This document shows, in pieces, positions 41,592 through 52,344 of a stretch of 64,000 nucleotides of DNA; within the stretch, counting starts at the first letter, position 1; each line of letters begins with the position of its first letter. Below the pieces are notes generated by a model. That model had not been told where the DNA came from and searched no databases. It saw only the letters and a program-made list of their open reading frames with translations. A program made the position numbers and the translations under genes. The DNA comes from an uncultured Gammaproteobacteria bacterium (lineage in GTDB: Bacteria > Pseudomonadota > Gammaproteobacteria > JACCXJ01), in assembly GCA_963764725.1 (NCBI GenBank), contig CAVXTM010000018.1, positions 651,630 to 715,629 of the forward strand. Reading direction: 5' to 3'.

Positions 41592-42123
41592 GAGCCTTAC
41601 CTCGTCGTCAAGAAAGCGGTCGGCGTGCCCGCAGCGTCAGCAGACGATCCGGTCTTGCCTACAGCAGCCTCATTTCGCGGGCTTGATCGCGCCCCGGCTG
41701 CTCTTATCCAGCCCCGCTTGACAGCTATCATGCCGCCGACGATGATGCCATTCAAGCCGAGCCGCGGCAAGTTCTCAATTCGCGAGCGCGTCGAGAAACC
41801 GTCAACAGCATCGACGAGGCCTTCCGGCAGCGTCTCTCGGGCTGGTCGCTTCGGGCACAGGCTCAACACAATGTCAAAAAAACAAGTACGGTCACTCTGT
41901 GACTGTTGAATCGCGAGTTCGCATTGTTGATCTTTCGCGCTCCTTCCTAGGATCATTACCCGATGACGAATCGAAGAGGTGTTTGAGGTACAATGAGGGC
42001 TACCGCTAATGTGATGCGATAGGCACTCAAAGCGTCATCATAATCGCATCACAGAACTTATTCCGTCTGAGCCGGCCCATGGGGGGCGTGGCACCGCACG
42101 ACGGTTTTCTGAGGAGTTACTAT

Positions 42124-42459
42124 ATGGGTATGAAGTTATACGTTGGCAACATGGGCTACGGCATCCGCAGCAGTGATCTGGAACGGCTGTTCTCGGCTCA
42201 TGGTACTGTACGTTCCGCCGAGGTAATCACGGATCGTAGCACCGGGCAGTCCAAAGGGTTCGGCTTTGTTGAGATGGGCAGTGACCAGGAAGCGAAGGCG
42301 GCCATCGCCGCCCTCAACGCTACGCAGATGGACGGCCGGACCGTAACGGTCAATGAGGCCCGCCCCAAGGAAGGCGGTGGTGGCCGTGGCCCGGGTGGCT
42401 ACGGCGGAGGTGGGGGCGACAAACGCGGTGGTTATGGAGGCGGAGGACGGCGGTACTAG
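42124..42459 (+). CDS. RRM RNA-binding protein with Gly-rich tail
   Basis: KLYVGN (RNP2), KGFGFVEM (RNP1), VNEARP. Confidence 0.93.
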   Translation: MGMKLYVGNMGYGIRSSDLERLFSAHGTVRSAEVITDRSTGQSKGFGFVEMGSDQEAKAAIAALNATQMDGRTVTVNEARPKEGGGGRGPGGYGGGGGDKRGGYGGGGRRY

Positions 42460-42682
42460 CAAGCGCCAATTCGCCGACAGTTCCTTTGGCGTAAGGGGTC
42501 AGCGTTTTAGGTGTCCCCACCCATAAGAACGTTGTATCAGGAAGCTCGCGTAGGGCGGAACCGTGACGCGGGTTGCGCTGAATGAATGTAGACGATAATC
42601 ACAGTCATGTAGCCTAATGGGTTGAGCGCAACGAATCCCGGGGAAAATCGCCAACCGATCTGTCAAGCTCGGCTCCGATCCG

Positions 42683-43702
42683 TCACCGCTTCTGCATGGC
42701 ATAGAACAGACAATCGCTGCGCGCGATCGCCGCAGACACGGTCATCATGACCGGCACCATCGCGCGCCGGATGCGCAAGAGCCCATCGGCGCTCGTGAAC
42801 AGCTCGGCGCTCACCTCGACGCCGTCGCCGCCGCGGGCATCGAACGGCCACGTGCCCGGAGGCCCGAGCCATCCGAGCACCATGCCGGGCTCGACCGGGT
42901 CGAAGTTGTGGCGGTCTATGTCGCTGCGCACCGTGAGGTTCGCTCCCTCGACCGGAGCGTCACCGAACGCGAGGCGCACGTCGGGGTGGACCCTCACGCG
43001 AACGGGATGATGCAGGATCTCCATGGCCTGCCACCGCTCGGCATGCACGCTCAGGTCTTCGACCGACAGATAGCGCTCGAGGCCGGCGAGCGCGACGGCG
43101 TCGGCGACGGGGTCCTGGGCTCGCCCGCATTCGACCACGATGCTCGCCGTGAAGCGCTCGGTCGCTTCGATCAACGTGCCGAGGCGCAGATCGCTCAGCA
43201 TGTAGCGATCTGCGAACAGGCCCGTGAGGCCCAGGTGAGCCGCATCCGCGATCGTGCCGACGCCATACGCGGGACTGCGCCCGCTGTTGTTGTGCAGGTC
43301 GATGAGCGCCTCCGGTCTCACCGCCTCGAGCCGCTCGATCAGCTCCAGCGAGCGCTCACCTTCGAGCCCCCCGAATGGCGGCGCGAAGCAGCGGTTCGCA
43401 TCACGGGCGTGCGGTAATGCGCGGTGCGACCACGGAGGCGCGGCGAGCGCGGCCTCGACCGAACCGATGTAGAAGACCGCGTCGGTCGCGGGCGCGACGC
43501 CGGAGCGGAGCCAGGCGTGAACCGCGCGGATGCCGCTCGGCTCGTTTCCATGGAGCAGCGTCGTGACGATTCGAGTTCGCGACCGGTCGCGCCCGGGAAC
43601 GCGCAGCAAGGTGGCGCGATCGAGCTCGCGCAACCAGTGTTCGACGCTGCCCGGCAGGTGCGCGACGCGCGCCTCGTCCAACAACTGGATCCGCTGCGTC
43701 AT
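42683..43702 (-). CDS. Succinylglutamate desuccinylase/aspartoacylase family protein
   Basis: LLHGNEPSG, D.NR, DLHN, VECG; ATG overlaps the upstream stop codon. Confidence 0.85.
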   Translation of the reverse strand: MTQRIQLLDEARVAHLPGSVEHWLRELDRATLLRVPGRDRSRTRIVTTLLHGNEPSGIRAVHAWLRSGVAPATDAVFYIGSVEAALAAPPWSHRALPHARDANRCFAPPFGGLEGERSLELIERLEAVRPEALIDLHNNSGRSPAYGVGTIADAAHLGLTGLFADRYMLSDLRLGTLIEATERFTASIVVECGRAQDPVADAVALAGLERYLSVEDLSVHAERWQAMEILHHPVRVRVHPDVRLAFGDAPVEGANLTVRSDIDRHNFDPVEPGMVLGWLGPPGTWPFDARGGDGVEVSAELFTSADGLLRIRRAMVPVMMTVSAAIARSDCLFYAMQKR

Positions 43703-45207
43703 GGGATCGGCCAGGTATGCACGGGCGCGCCGAGCTCGGAGTGGTCCAGGTACTCGCCGAGCATGCGCGCGAGCGCCTCCTTGCGCCCGAGCTTGTCCTC
43801 GAGCGCGGCGAGTCGGCTGCGCTGCCATTGCGCGCCGGTCTGTCCGGTGCTGGCGCGGCGCCCGACGATCGCAAGCCACCGCTCGCACTCGCCGGCGTCG
43901 ATTTCTGCGTGTAGGAGCCCGCGCTGGGCCTTGGGCAGGAGCTCGTGCACGAGCTCGCGCGCGCCGATCGCGAGCAGCCCTTTGCCCTGCGGCCAGAGCA
44001 ACTCGGCGGCAAGGCCGTGTTGCGCGGCGCGGTAGAAGTTGCACTCTGCAACCTCGAAGGGAACGGAGTCGAGCAGCGCGGGGCTTCGCGACAGCTCGAG
44101 CGCGAGGCCCACGAGGAACGCCGCGCTCGCCATCATGTCGGCGACGGTCGGCCCCGAGGGCAGCGCGCGCATCTCGATGCGCAGATGGCCGCCTTCCGCC
44201 GGGTCGTACACCGCTCGGTTCCAGCGCCACACCGTGCCCTGGTGAAGCCGCAGCTCGCCGAGCAGCGGAATGCCACCCGCGCGCGTGACGGCGACCGGAT
44301 CCTCGTCGGTCATGACCGGCAAGAGCGGCTCGTGCAGCTCGACGCTCTCCTGGAACAGCTCGAGCGCGCCGCGCGTCAGCCAATCGACACCGAAGCACAC
44401 GCGCGGCACGCCGCTCCGCGGCCCGTGGTTGGCCGGACGATCGTCGACGGCCTGCTTGAACAGCGCGACGCGCGTCTCCTCCCACAGCCGATGGCCGAGG
44501 AACGTCGGCGAGTTTACCGACACGGCGAGCGCCGGTGCGGTGGCGAGCTGCACGGCATTGTACACCGCGGCGAACTCGGAAGGGTTCACCCGCAGGTGGA
44601 TCTGCAGCGAGGTGTTCGCGCCTTCGTAGGTGACGTCGTCACAGCGGATGTCGAGCGGGTCCTCGCCGTCGATGCGCACGTGGAAGGGCTCACGCCGCAG
44701 GCGGCGGATGCCGGTCGACAGTGCGCGATACCGCGGCAGGTTGGTCATCGCCGAAGACTCCAGGTCTTCGGCCGTGAGCGTCGGCAAGATGCCGGTCAGC
44801 GCGATGCGCGCATCGTGCGCCCTGGCGATGGCGCGCAGGCGTGTCAGACACTCGTCGAGCTGCTTGCCGAGAGAGGCGAAGGGTGTCCCCGCCAGCGCGA
44901 TCGGGAGCGTGTTGCACTCCAGGTTGAAGCGGTTGAGCTCAACCGCGAAGCGCGGGTCGCACGCGTCGGCGAGCACGCGTTCGTTGATCGGCCGCGGGCG
45001 GCACGTGGCTCCGACCATCGACATCTCGAGCTCTGCTCCGAACGACGGCGCGCCGACCCCGAAGCGTTCTCGCGAAAGGAGCTCGGCGAGCGCCCGCAGG
45101 TCCTCGCGCAGGCGCTGCGAGAAGCGCGCGTAGTCGTCTTCTTCGAAATGATCTCTTTCGATATTCAGGCCCAAGCTCGTATCCTCTGTGAACGATAGGA
45201 CTTCCAA
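43699..45207 (-). CDS. Glutamate--cysteine ligase family 2 (GCS2) protein
   Basis: GAELE, ELNRFNLE, SLQIHL, LHQGTVWRWNR, RIEMRALPSGPT. Confidence 0.88.
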   Translation of the reverse strand: MEVLSFTEDTSLGLNIERDHFEEDDYARFSQRLREDLRALAELLSRERFGVGAPSFGAELEMSMVGATCRPRPINERVLADACDPRFAVELNRFNLECNTLPIALAGTPFASLGKQLDECLTRLRAIARAHDARIALTGILPTLTAEDLESSAMTNLPRYRALSTGIRRLRREPFHVRIDGEDPLDIRCDDVTYEGANTSLQIHLRVNPSEFAAVYNAVQLATAPALAVSVNSPTFLGHRLWEETRVALFKQAVDDRPANHGPRSGVPRVCFGVDWLTRGALELFQESVELHEPLLPVMTDEDPVAVTRAGGIPLLGELRLHQGTVWRWNRAVYDPAEGGHLRIEMRALPSGPTVADMMASAAFLVGLALELSRSPALLDSVPFEVAECNFYRAAQHGLAAELLWPQGKGLLAIGARELVHELLPKAQRGLLHAEIDAGECERWLAIVGRRASTGQTGAQWQRSRLAALEDKLGRKEALARMLGEYLDHSELGAPVHTWPIP

Positions 45208-45487
45208 CGTGGTGCGTAGATTTTACAAGCACGCGTCAGGATACGGAAAAGTGCAGATTGCGCACCCACAGGGGTTCCGCCGGAGCGCAGGACGGTTTCG
45301 CCGGGAGCGAAAAGGCGCGTAAGCCCTGAAGGGCGAGTCTCAAGGATGAGACGAGCAACCGGAGTGTATGTGGAAATACATGAGGATTCCGAGCACCGCC
45401 GGGAAGCCAGGGCCAGGGAGTGGCCCTGCTTGGCGCGCCGAGGATGCAACGCGAGATTTCGAGCGCAGCAGATTTTTTCACAAGCTC

Positions 45488-46648
45488 TCAGGCGAGTGCG
45501 AACTTCAGGTCCTGAATAAGGTCCTCCACATCCTCGATCCCCACGGATAAGCGCACCAGGGTATCACCGATGCCGAGCGCTTCCCGCGTCTCGGCCGGCA
45601 ATGAGGCATGGGTCATGATGGCGGGATGCTCGATGAGGCTCTCGACACCCCCTAGACTCTCGGCCAAGGCGAAGATCCGGCAGCGCTCGAGAAACCGCCG
45701 GGCATCCTCGAGCCCGCCCTTGAGCACCACCGTCAGCATGCCGCCCGAACCTCGCATCTGGCGCCGCGCGAGCGCATGCTGGGGATGGCTTGCGAGGCCT
45801 GGGTAATAGACCCGCTCGACCTTGGGGTGGCGCTCCAACCACTCCGCAATCGCCGTGGCGTTCGCCGTGTGCCGCTCCATGCGCAGCGCCAGGGTTTTCA
45901 TACCGCGCATAACGAGGAAGCTTTCGAAGGGGCTCGCGATAGCTCCGATCGCATTGTGCAAAAACGCGAGTCTCTCGGCCAAGGGCCCGTTTGCGGTGAC
46001 CACCACCCCGCCCACGATGTCCGAATGGCCGTTGAGGTACTTGGTCGCCGAGTGCACCACCAGGTCGAAACCGAGCTCGATCGGCCGCTGCGCCCAGGGC
46101 GTGGCGAAGGTGTTGTCCGCGACGCTCAAGATCCCGCGCTCGCGCGCCACTTCTGCGACCATTCCGAGATCGACGAGCTTGAGCAGTGGATTACTGGGCG
46201 TCTCCACCCAGATCATCCGGGTATTGGGGCGGATGGCCCGCTCGAGCGTCCCGCGATCGGGTAAGGGAGTGAAGGTGAAATCGAGTCCCGCCGAGCGCCG
46301 TCGTACCCCCTCGAAGAGCCGAGTCGTGCCGCCGTAAAGATCGTCGAGAGCCACGATGTGCGCACCACTGTCGAGCAGTTCAAGCACGGTGGCAATGGCA
46401 CTCATGCCCGAGGCAAAGGCGAAGCCGTCGCTACCGCCTTCGAGGTCGGCCACGCAGCGCTCATAGGCGAGCCGGGTGGGATTCTTAGTGCGCGAGTAGT
46501 CGTAACCCTGATGCACGCCCGGACTCGATTGCACATAGGTCGAGGTTGCATAGATCGGGGTCATCACAGCCCCGGTCGCGGGGTCCGGAGGCTGCCCCGC
46601 GTGGATGGCGCGGGTCGCGAATCCGTGGGGTTTGTCGGGCGGGGACAT
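45488..46648 (-). CDS. Cystathionine gamma-lyase/synthase
   Basis: YSRT.NPTR, ETPSNP, DNTFA, SATKYLNGHSD (PLP Lys), AESLGGVESL. Confidence 0.93.
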   Translation of the reverse strand: MSPPDKPHGFATRAIHAGQPPDPATGAVMTPIYATSTYVQSSPGVHQGYDYSRTKNPTRLAYERCVADLEGGSDGFAFASGMSAIATVLELLDSGAHIVALDDLYGGTTRLFEGVRRRSAGLDFTFTPLPDRGTLERAIRPNTRMIWVETPSNPLLKLVDLGMVAEVARERGILSVADNTFATPWAQRPIELGFDLVVHSATKYLNGHSDIVGGVVVTANGPLAERLAFLHNAIGAIASPFESFLVMRGMKTLALRMERHTANATAIAEWLERHPKVERVYYPGLASHPQHALARRQMRGSGGMLTVVLKGGLEDARRFLERCRIFALAESLGGVESLIEHPAIMTHASLPAETREALGIGDTLVRLSVGIEDVEDLIQDLKFALA

Positions 46649-46658
46649 GGCTAATCTT

Positions 46659-48021
46659 CTACTTTTTCATCCTGCGGCGGAGATAGTTCAAGAGGTCGAT
46701 GCGCGTGATGAGGCCAAGGAATTTCTGATCCTCGACGACGATGGGGACCATGCCCTGCTCATAGATGCCGAAGAGATCCTCGATGGGTGTCTGGGGTGCG
46801 ACCGTCTGCAAGCGCGTAATCATGATCGCCGCGACCTTTTCTCCGAACCGCTTGTCGTCGCCGTAGACCGCGTGGAGCACGTCGGACTCGTCGATGATGC
46901 CCACGATCCTATCGCCTTCGAGCACGGGGAGCTGGGACACGTCGTAGAGCTTGAAACGCCCGTAGGCCGTGAGTAGCGTGTCCCCGCGCCCGACCGTGAC
47001 GACCGCCCGCGCCGAATGCGGCCGCGAGATGAGGTCGCGCAGATCCCCTTGCCGCCCGCGCTCAAGGAACCCTTGGTCCGCCATCCAGTAGTCGTTGTAC
47101 ATCTTGGACAGGTACTTGTTACCGCTGTCGCAAGCGAAGGTCACCACCCGCTCGGGCTGGTCGCGCGTCCGGCAATACTGCAGCGCTGCGGCGAGCAAGG
47201 TCCCCGACGAGGAGCCAGCGAAGATCCCCTCCTTGCGTAACAACAGCCTTGCGGCCTCGAAGCTCTCCGCGTCCGTGATCGTGTAGGCCTCGCGCACCCG
47301 CGAGAGATCGCAGATAGGGGGAACGAAGTCCTCACCTATGCCCTCAACCATCCAGGAGCCCGCCTCACCCAGTGTCCCCGTCTTGACGTAGGGCGCGAGC
47401 ACCGAGCCCTCGGGGTCCGCAAGCACCATCTTGACATCTGGAGCGACCCGCGCGAAGTAGCGGCTCAAGCCCGTCAGCGTGCCGCCCGTACCGACCCCGC
47501 AGACCACCGCGTCGAGCCTCTGGCCCATCTGCGACCAGATCTCCGGCCCTGTGCCTTCCTCGTGCCCCTTCGGGTTGGCGGGGTTGGAGAACTGATTGGC
47601 GTAGAAGGCACCCGCTCGCTCGCGTGCCAGGCGCTCGGCGATGTCCTGGTAATACTCGGGGTGGCCACGCCCGACGTCGGAGCGCGTCATCACTACTTCC
47701 GCTCCCAGCGCCTTAAGGTGAAAAATCTTTTCCTGGCTCATCTTGTCGGGGATGACGAGCAGGAGCTGGTAGCCCTTGCGGGCGGCGATGAGGGCTAGCG
47801 CAAGCCCGGTGTTCCCGGCCGTCGCCTCAATGAGGAGACCACCCGCACTGATCTTGCCCTCATGCTCGGCCGCCTCGATCATGGAGCGGGCAATGCGATC
47901 CTTGATGGATCCGCCTGGATTCTGGCTCTCGAGTTTGACGAAGAGCCGGCACGGCCCGGTGTCGAGCTGAGTGATCTCCACCAGCGGCGTATTGCCAATC
48001 AGTTCGATAACGTTGCTCACG
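46659..48021 (-). CDS. Cystathionine beta-synthase with C-terminal CBS domains
   Basis: NPGGSIKDR, TAGNTG, GTGGT, DSGNKYLSK, CBS pair. Confidence 0.92.
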
Positions 48022-48160
48022 GGTGCACCTCCCCCGCCGTGCCGGCCTGACGATGTCCCTAACTTAACCACATCAGCCTAACGGACGCTAGAGGCGCAAG
48101 GCGCCAATCGCGCTAGAATACGGGTTGTATAGTGAGGCGCGTCCGGTAGACGGAGGGGCA

Positions 48161-48442
48161 ATGGAGCAGACAAACGTTGCGGAACAATGGGCGGGGCGTG
48201 GGTTTAGCTGTGCTATCTGGACGGACCCGCCCGGACGGGTCTGGGCCGACTTCGTCCACGACGCCGATGAGATCGTTATGCTAATCGATGGGGAGATCGA
48301 GGTGTCATTTCGGGGTCAAACGCTCCAGCCTCAGCCAGGCGAGGAGGTTTTAATACCGGCCGGCACGAGCCACACGGTCAGAAACATCGGCAAGACCACG
48401 AACCATTGGTATTACGGTTACCGCCTTGCGCGCAGCGAATAG
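48161..48442 (+). CDS. Cupin domain protein
   Basis: H..DE and PGEEVLIPAGTSH motifs; GGAGG RBS. Confidence 0.8.
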   Translation: MEQTNVAEQWAGRGFSCAIWTDPPGRVWADFVHDADEIVMLIDGEIEVSFRGQTLQPQPGEEVLIPAGTSHTVRNIGKTTNHWYYGYRLARSE

Positions 48443-48450
48443 ATACCTAA

Positions 48451-48577
48451 GGAAGCTCCATAAAAATGTCGCGAGCAAGCCCAGATGCGCGAAGCCGCGG
48501 AGAGCGGCCCAGGGACGGCCGCGCTTTGAGAAGCGAGGAACGCCGATGGGCTGCGCAGTAACCTTTGCAGAGCTTCC
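48451..48577. mobile_element. MITE-like element, copy 2
   Basis: GGAAGCTCCATAAAA...CTTTGCAGAGCTTCC flanked on both sides by CTAA. Confidence 0.7.
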
Positions 48578-48582
48578 CTAAA

Positions 48583-50208
48583 ATGATCACTGCCGCTTAT
48601 CGCTGGATCGATCGCAACATTCTTGAGCTCGGCCGCGAGATGCGGCTGTCGTATCTGCCGCCGCTCATGGTCTACGTTGGGGCGGGCATCTCTGGCCTGA
48701 CCGGCATCGTCGGCACCTTCTTCGTCAAGGATTACCTAGGCCTCTCCGCCGCCTTCCTCGCCGCACTCGGCTTCTGGGCGGGGATCCCCTGGGTGCTCAA
48801 GATGCCGCTGGGGCATCTGGTCGATCTCATCTGGCGCTGGAAAAGCCTGCTTGTCTATCTGGGCGCGAGCCTCATCACGGTGAGCCTCTGCATCATGGTG
48901 TTCCTTATCGGCGAGCGCGAGGCCATGACGGCCATCATGCCGGCGGAGGCGTGGTTCGTGGTGAGCGCGCTGCTCGCGCCGATCGGCTATGTGATCCAGG
49001 ACGCGGTCGCCGACGCGATGACTGTCGAGGCGGTGCCGCGCGTCGATGAGGATGGGCGGCCCATCGATCCGGCCACCCGCAAGCTCATGCACACCACCAT
49101 GCAGACGCTCGGGCGTGTGGCTATCATCGGCGGCAGCACGCTGGTGGCGCTTATAAACCTCTATCTCTTCACCGGCGTGGAGAAGCTTCCGCAAGCGGAG
49201 ATCGCGCAGATTTACCGAGACGTCTATTTAATGGCGCTCAGCATCCCCGCGATCTCGGTGCTGGGTGTGGTGAGCGCCTCGCTCCTCAAGGCGCGCGACC
49301 GGCGCCGCCTGCTTCTTGCGGGCAAGAGTCGCGCCGAGGTGCAGGCGCTGATCCTGGAGAACGTTGATCCGACCAAACCCAACTGGTGGATCCTCGGCGG
49401 CAGCCTGCTGTTCGTAGTGTTCACGCTCGCCGTCGGTCTCGGTAATCTGCCCTACAACGAGGAGATCGTATTTGTAGGCTCCTTCGCCATCGTCACCTTT
49501 CTCATCGAGCGGCTGACGCGCGAGCTCAGTCCCGAGGCGCGGGCGACGCTCATCGGCACTGCCATCGTCATCTTTGCTTTCCGGGCCACGCCCACTCCGG
49601 GCCCCGGCGTCACCTGGTGGATGATCGATGAGCTCAAGTTCGATCAACATTTCCTCTCAGTGCTATCGCTAATCGCAAGCGCGCTCACCTTGGTCGGCAT
49701 GTTCATCTTCCGCCGTTTCATGGCCGAGCGCTCGATCGCCTATGTCGTCGGTTTCCTGACCCTTGTTGGTTTTGTGTTGGCGCTGCCCATCCTCGGCATG
49801 TACCACGGCCTGCACGAGTGGACCGCCGCGCACACCGGCGGGGTGGTAGACGCGCGCTTCATCGCGCTGGTTGACACCGCGCTTGAATCGCCGCTCGGTC
49901 AGATCGCAATGATCCCGATGCTGGCCTGGATCGCGAACTCTGCGCCCGCCAACCTCAAGGCCACCTATTTCGCAGTGATGGCTTCCTTTACTAACCTCGC
50001 GCTCTCGCTGAGCCAGCTCGGCAGCAAGTACTTGAACCAGATTTTCATCGTCACCCGCGAGGTCCGTGATCCCGCGACCGGGGTCCTCCAGGCGCCCGCC
50101 GACTACAGCCAGCTCGGAACCCTGCTCATCGTGCAGATCCTGCTTGGCCTCGCCCTGCCCTTCGGCGGGATCCTCTTCGCCCGCCTCTCCAAGTTCCGCA
50201 GCGCTTGA
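48583..50208 (+). CDS. MFS-like membrane protein (BT1/folate-biopterin transporter-like)
   Basis: PW.LK, QD.VADAM.VE, AP...AT.FA...SF.NL; many TM segments. Confidence 0.75.
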   Translation: MITAAYRWIDRNILELGREMRLSYLPPLMVYVGAGISGLTGIVGTFFVKDYLGLSAAFLAALGFWAGIPWVLKMPLGHLVDLIWRWKSLLVYLGASLITVSLCIMVFLIGEREAMTAIMPAEAWFVVSALLAPIGYVIQDAVADAMTVEAVPRVDEDGRPIDPATRKLMHTTMQTLGRVAIIGGSTLVALINLYLFTGVEKLPQAEIAQIYRDVYLMALSIPAISVLGVVSASLLKARDRRRLLLAGKSRAEVQALILENVDPTKPNWWILGGSLLFVVFTLAVGLGNLPYNEEIVFVGSFAIVTFLIERLTRELSPEARATLIGTAIVIFAFRATPTPGPGVTWWMIDELKFDQHFLSVLSLIASALTLVGMFIFRRFMAERSIAYVVGFLTLVGFVLALPILGMYHGLHEWTAAHTGGVVDARFIALVDTALESPLGQIAMIPMLAWIANSAPANLKATYFAVMASFTNLALSLSQLGSKYLNQIFIVTREVRDPATGVLQAPADYSQLGTLLIVQILLGLALPFGGILFARLSKFRSA

Positions 50209-50367
50209 CGACTTCCGGAGGTCGGCCGCCTACACTATCTGGAAAACGGTTTTTTTAGGGGTGCGAGCGTATCGTCCCAGAATAGGCACGTGCCAACTTT
50301 CGGGAACGACAAGCTGATTTTTCATGTATTATTCCGGTGTTCTTCATCTCTGCAAAAAGTAACTACG

Positions 50368-50386
50368 GCCCAACAAGGCGTTGGGC
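50368..50386 (+). repeat. Collapsed attC-like site
   Basis: GCCCAAC-AAGGC-GTTGGGC: only the R'' and R' boxes. Confidence 0.5.
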
Positions 50387-50416
50387 ACGCAGATAGATCG
50401 TTGATAGAATTCATGC

Positions 50417-50698
50417 GTGCCGAAGCTGACAATGTCCCGGCTGCGCGACCTTATTCGCGCACTAAACTATGTAGTCTCTATTCATGCCGCCGAAGAGCTA
50501 GACGATGACAACCTCACGATCCTCGATCTCGAAAACATCATCCTCACAGGCAAAATCATCGAACGCCAGCGCGACGACCAAACCCGCGAGGTCAAGTGTG
50601 TCATCCGCGGTTTCACCCTCGATGACCTCGAAGCAGAAACCATTGTCAAAGTTGGCCCCACCGGAAGACTTGTTGTCATTACCGTATACCTCGCCTAG
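50417..50698 (+). CDS. DUF4258 domain protein (putative toxin)
   Basis: S.HA.EE, I..G.IIE, VITVY terminus. Confidence 0.75.
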   Translation: MPKLTMSRLRDLIRALNYVVSIHAAEELDDDNLTILDLENIILTGKIIERQRDDQTREVKCVIRGFTLDDLEAETIVKVGPTGRLVVITVYLA

Positions 50699-50981
50699 CG
50701 AACGTTGCGCCTCGTGTGGGCAAGCTGGGGTTCAGCTTCGTGAGGTGACCCGTAGTTTTGGTCATGGTCCTAAACTTCTTGTGATAGAGAACATCCCGAT
50801 GTGGTCATGTCCCCATTGCGGTGAATCGTATTTCACGGCTCAAACCATGCACGAGATTGAGCGTATCAAGACACTTCGTAAGTCCGTAGCAGTCGCTCGC
50901 CACGTGCCGGTCGCTGTTTTCACCGGCAATGTGCCCAACAAGGCGCTCCACCGGACGCGCCAAAAAGCGGCGCGCCGGTGA
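50690..50981 (+). CDS. YgiT-type zinc finger protein (putative antitoxin); start uncertain
   Basis: CASCG...VIENIP...CPHCGESY, directly after DUF4258. Confidence 0.75.
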
Positions 50982-50996
50982 GCTAACTCGTTTAGA
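50933..50996 (+). mobile_element. Integron attC site
   Basis: GCCCAAC...GCTCCACCGGACGCGC / GCGCGCCGGTGAGC...GTTTAGA hairpin with unpaired bases. Confidence 0.75.
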
Positions 50997-51096
50997 TTCT
51001 CCGACGAGGCCAACGGTCCATCCATTGCTACGGCACTAGATTGGTCTGCGCTCGCGGTCACTTCCTCAAGAATGGCCGAGCTCAACATGGGCGTGG

Positions 51097-51530
51097 GTGA
51101 CGAAATACTTCATGCTGGGTCGCTTCATTTCCCACGGTAGCCTCCAACTGAATCAACCCTTGGCACGATTTGGAACCATCGCCATGATGCCTGGAGAGCC
51201 GGTGAAGGATGGGAGAAACCTGCTTGTGGAGGCATTCTTGGTCGAGATGCGGTCTCTTTCCGGATTCAGCGGCTCTCCCGTACTCGTTAACGTGGGTCCG
51301 GGGACCTACCGAGGCAATGGCACGATGATGCCCTTCTACACTGAGACTATCGGCCTTATGGGAGATAGATACTGGGCACAAGGCTTCAATGGCCGAGGTG
51401 CACAAAAGTCGGATGGAGCGAAAACCGACCTGGAGGTGCCCCTGAATACAGGCATCTCAATTGTAGCGCCGGTCTGGAAGATCAGAGAGGTCCTTGATGA
51501 GGACATATTCAAGGCCAAGCGCGGCGACCC
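51097..51530 (+). pseudogene. Trypsin-like serine protease fragment (cassette remnant)
   Basis: SGFSGSPV catalytic-Ser motif; 5' part missing. Confidence 0.55.
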
Positions 51531-51609
51531 CCAACATGTCGTTCAACACGGACCGGCGGCGGAAGCCGCTTCGCGGCGATTCCGCCGCCGGTGTAACTTT
51601 ACATTAGCG
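51529..51609 (+). mobile_element. Integron attC site (degenerate R')
   Basis: CCCCAAC...ACCGGCGGCGGAA / TTCCGCCGCCGGT...ATTAGCG. Confidence 0.65.
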
Positions 51610-51744
51610 GTTATGGAGCCGGAGTACACATGAGCAGAATGACTCGTTGGCATATCTTCGCCATCTCATCTCGCACTCCTCTTGGGATGTTCCCGTGACC
51701 CTTTCGAAAATCTCGATTCACCTCGTGTCTTCTTTGGTAAGCCC

Positions 51745-51775
51745 GCGAGGATGTGCTGAGGAACGAAGCGCATCG
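51745..51775 (+). repeat. REP-like sequence left of RAYT
   Basis: AGGATGTGCTGAGGAACGAAGCGCATCG; inverted copy at 52345-52371. Confidence 0.7.
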
Positions 51776-51811
51776 TCGAGTGAGAAACCTTTCAAAGGTC
51801 AAACGGACTCC

Positions 51812-52338
51812 ATGACGGAATATCGCCGTGCTCATGTTCCAGGCGCAACGTGGTTTTTCACGGTTAATCTCGCCGAGCGCAGGGGTAACCGTTTGCTGGT
51901 CGAGCAGTTCGATGCGTTGCGCCGGTCTTTTCGGTACGTCAGGGAAAGACATCCATTCCGGTTGGATGCGGTGGTGGTCTTGCCGGATCATCTCCATTGT
52001 ATTTGGACGTTGCCTCCCGGTGACACGGATTTTTCCATGCGCTGGAATTTGCTGAAGGACATTTTTCTCGTGCCATCGAAAAAGGGAACGCATCTCTAAA
52101 AGCAGGGTAAAACGACGAGAACGGGGCTTGTGGCAACGTCGATTTTGCGAGCACCTGCTACGCGATCAGGAGGATTTCACCAAACACGTCGATTACATCC
52201 ATTGGAACCTGTAAAACATGGCTGGGTAAAGCAGGTTGCCGATTGGCCGCATTCGAGCTTTCACGACTATCGGCCCGTGGCATTTATCCGGTAAACTGGG
52301 GTTGCGAGGGAATATTCGACGTTTGCGCGGGTGAATAA
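51812..52338 (+). pseudogene. REP-associated tyrosine transposase (RAYT), frameshifted
   Basis: YRR..VPGATWFFTV, VVLPDHLH, WQRRF.EH, YIHWN, WPHSSFH. Confidence 0.85.
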
Positions 52339-52344
52339 CTCGAA

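Noticed and set aside
42683-44485. 600-aa ORF as a single protein
   Set aside because: The first ~260 aa are an off-frame shadow of the GCS2 gene; the real start is ATG 43702
43945-45198. 417-aa plus-strand ORF and similar long antisense ORFs throughout
   Set aside because: They overlap well-supported genes on the other strand and have no motifs; expected in GC-rich DNA
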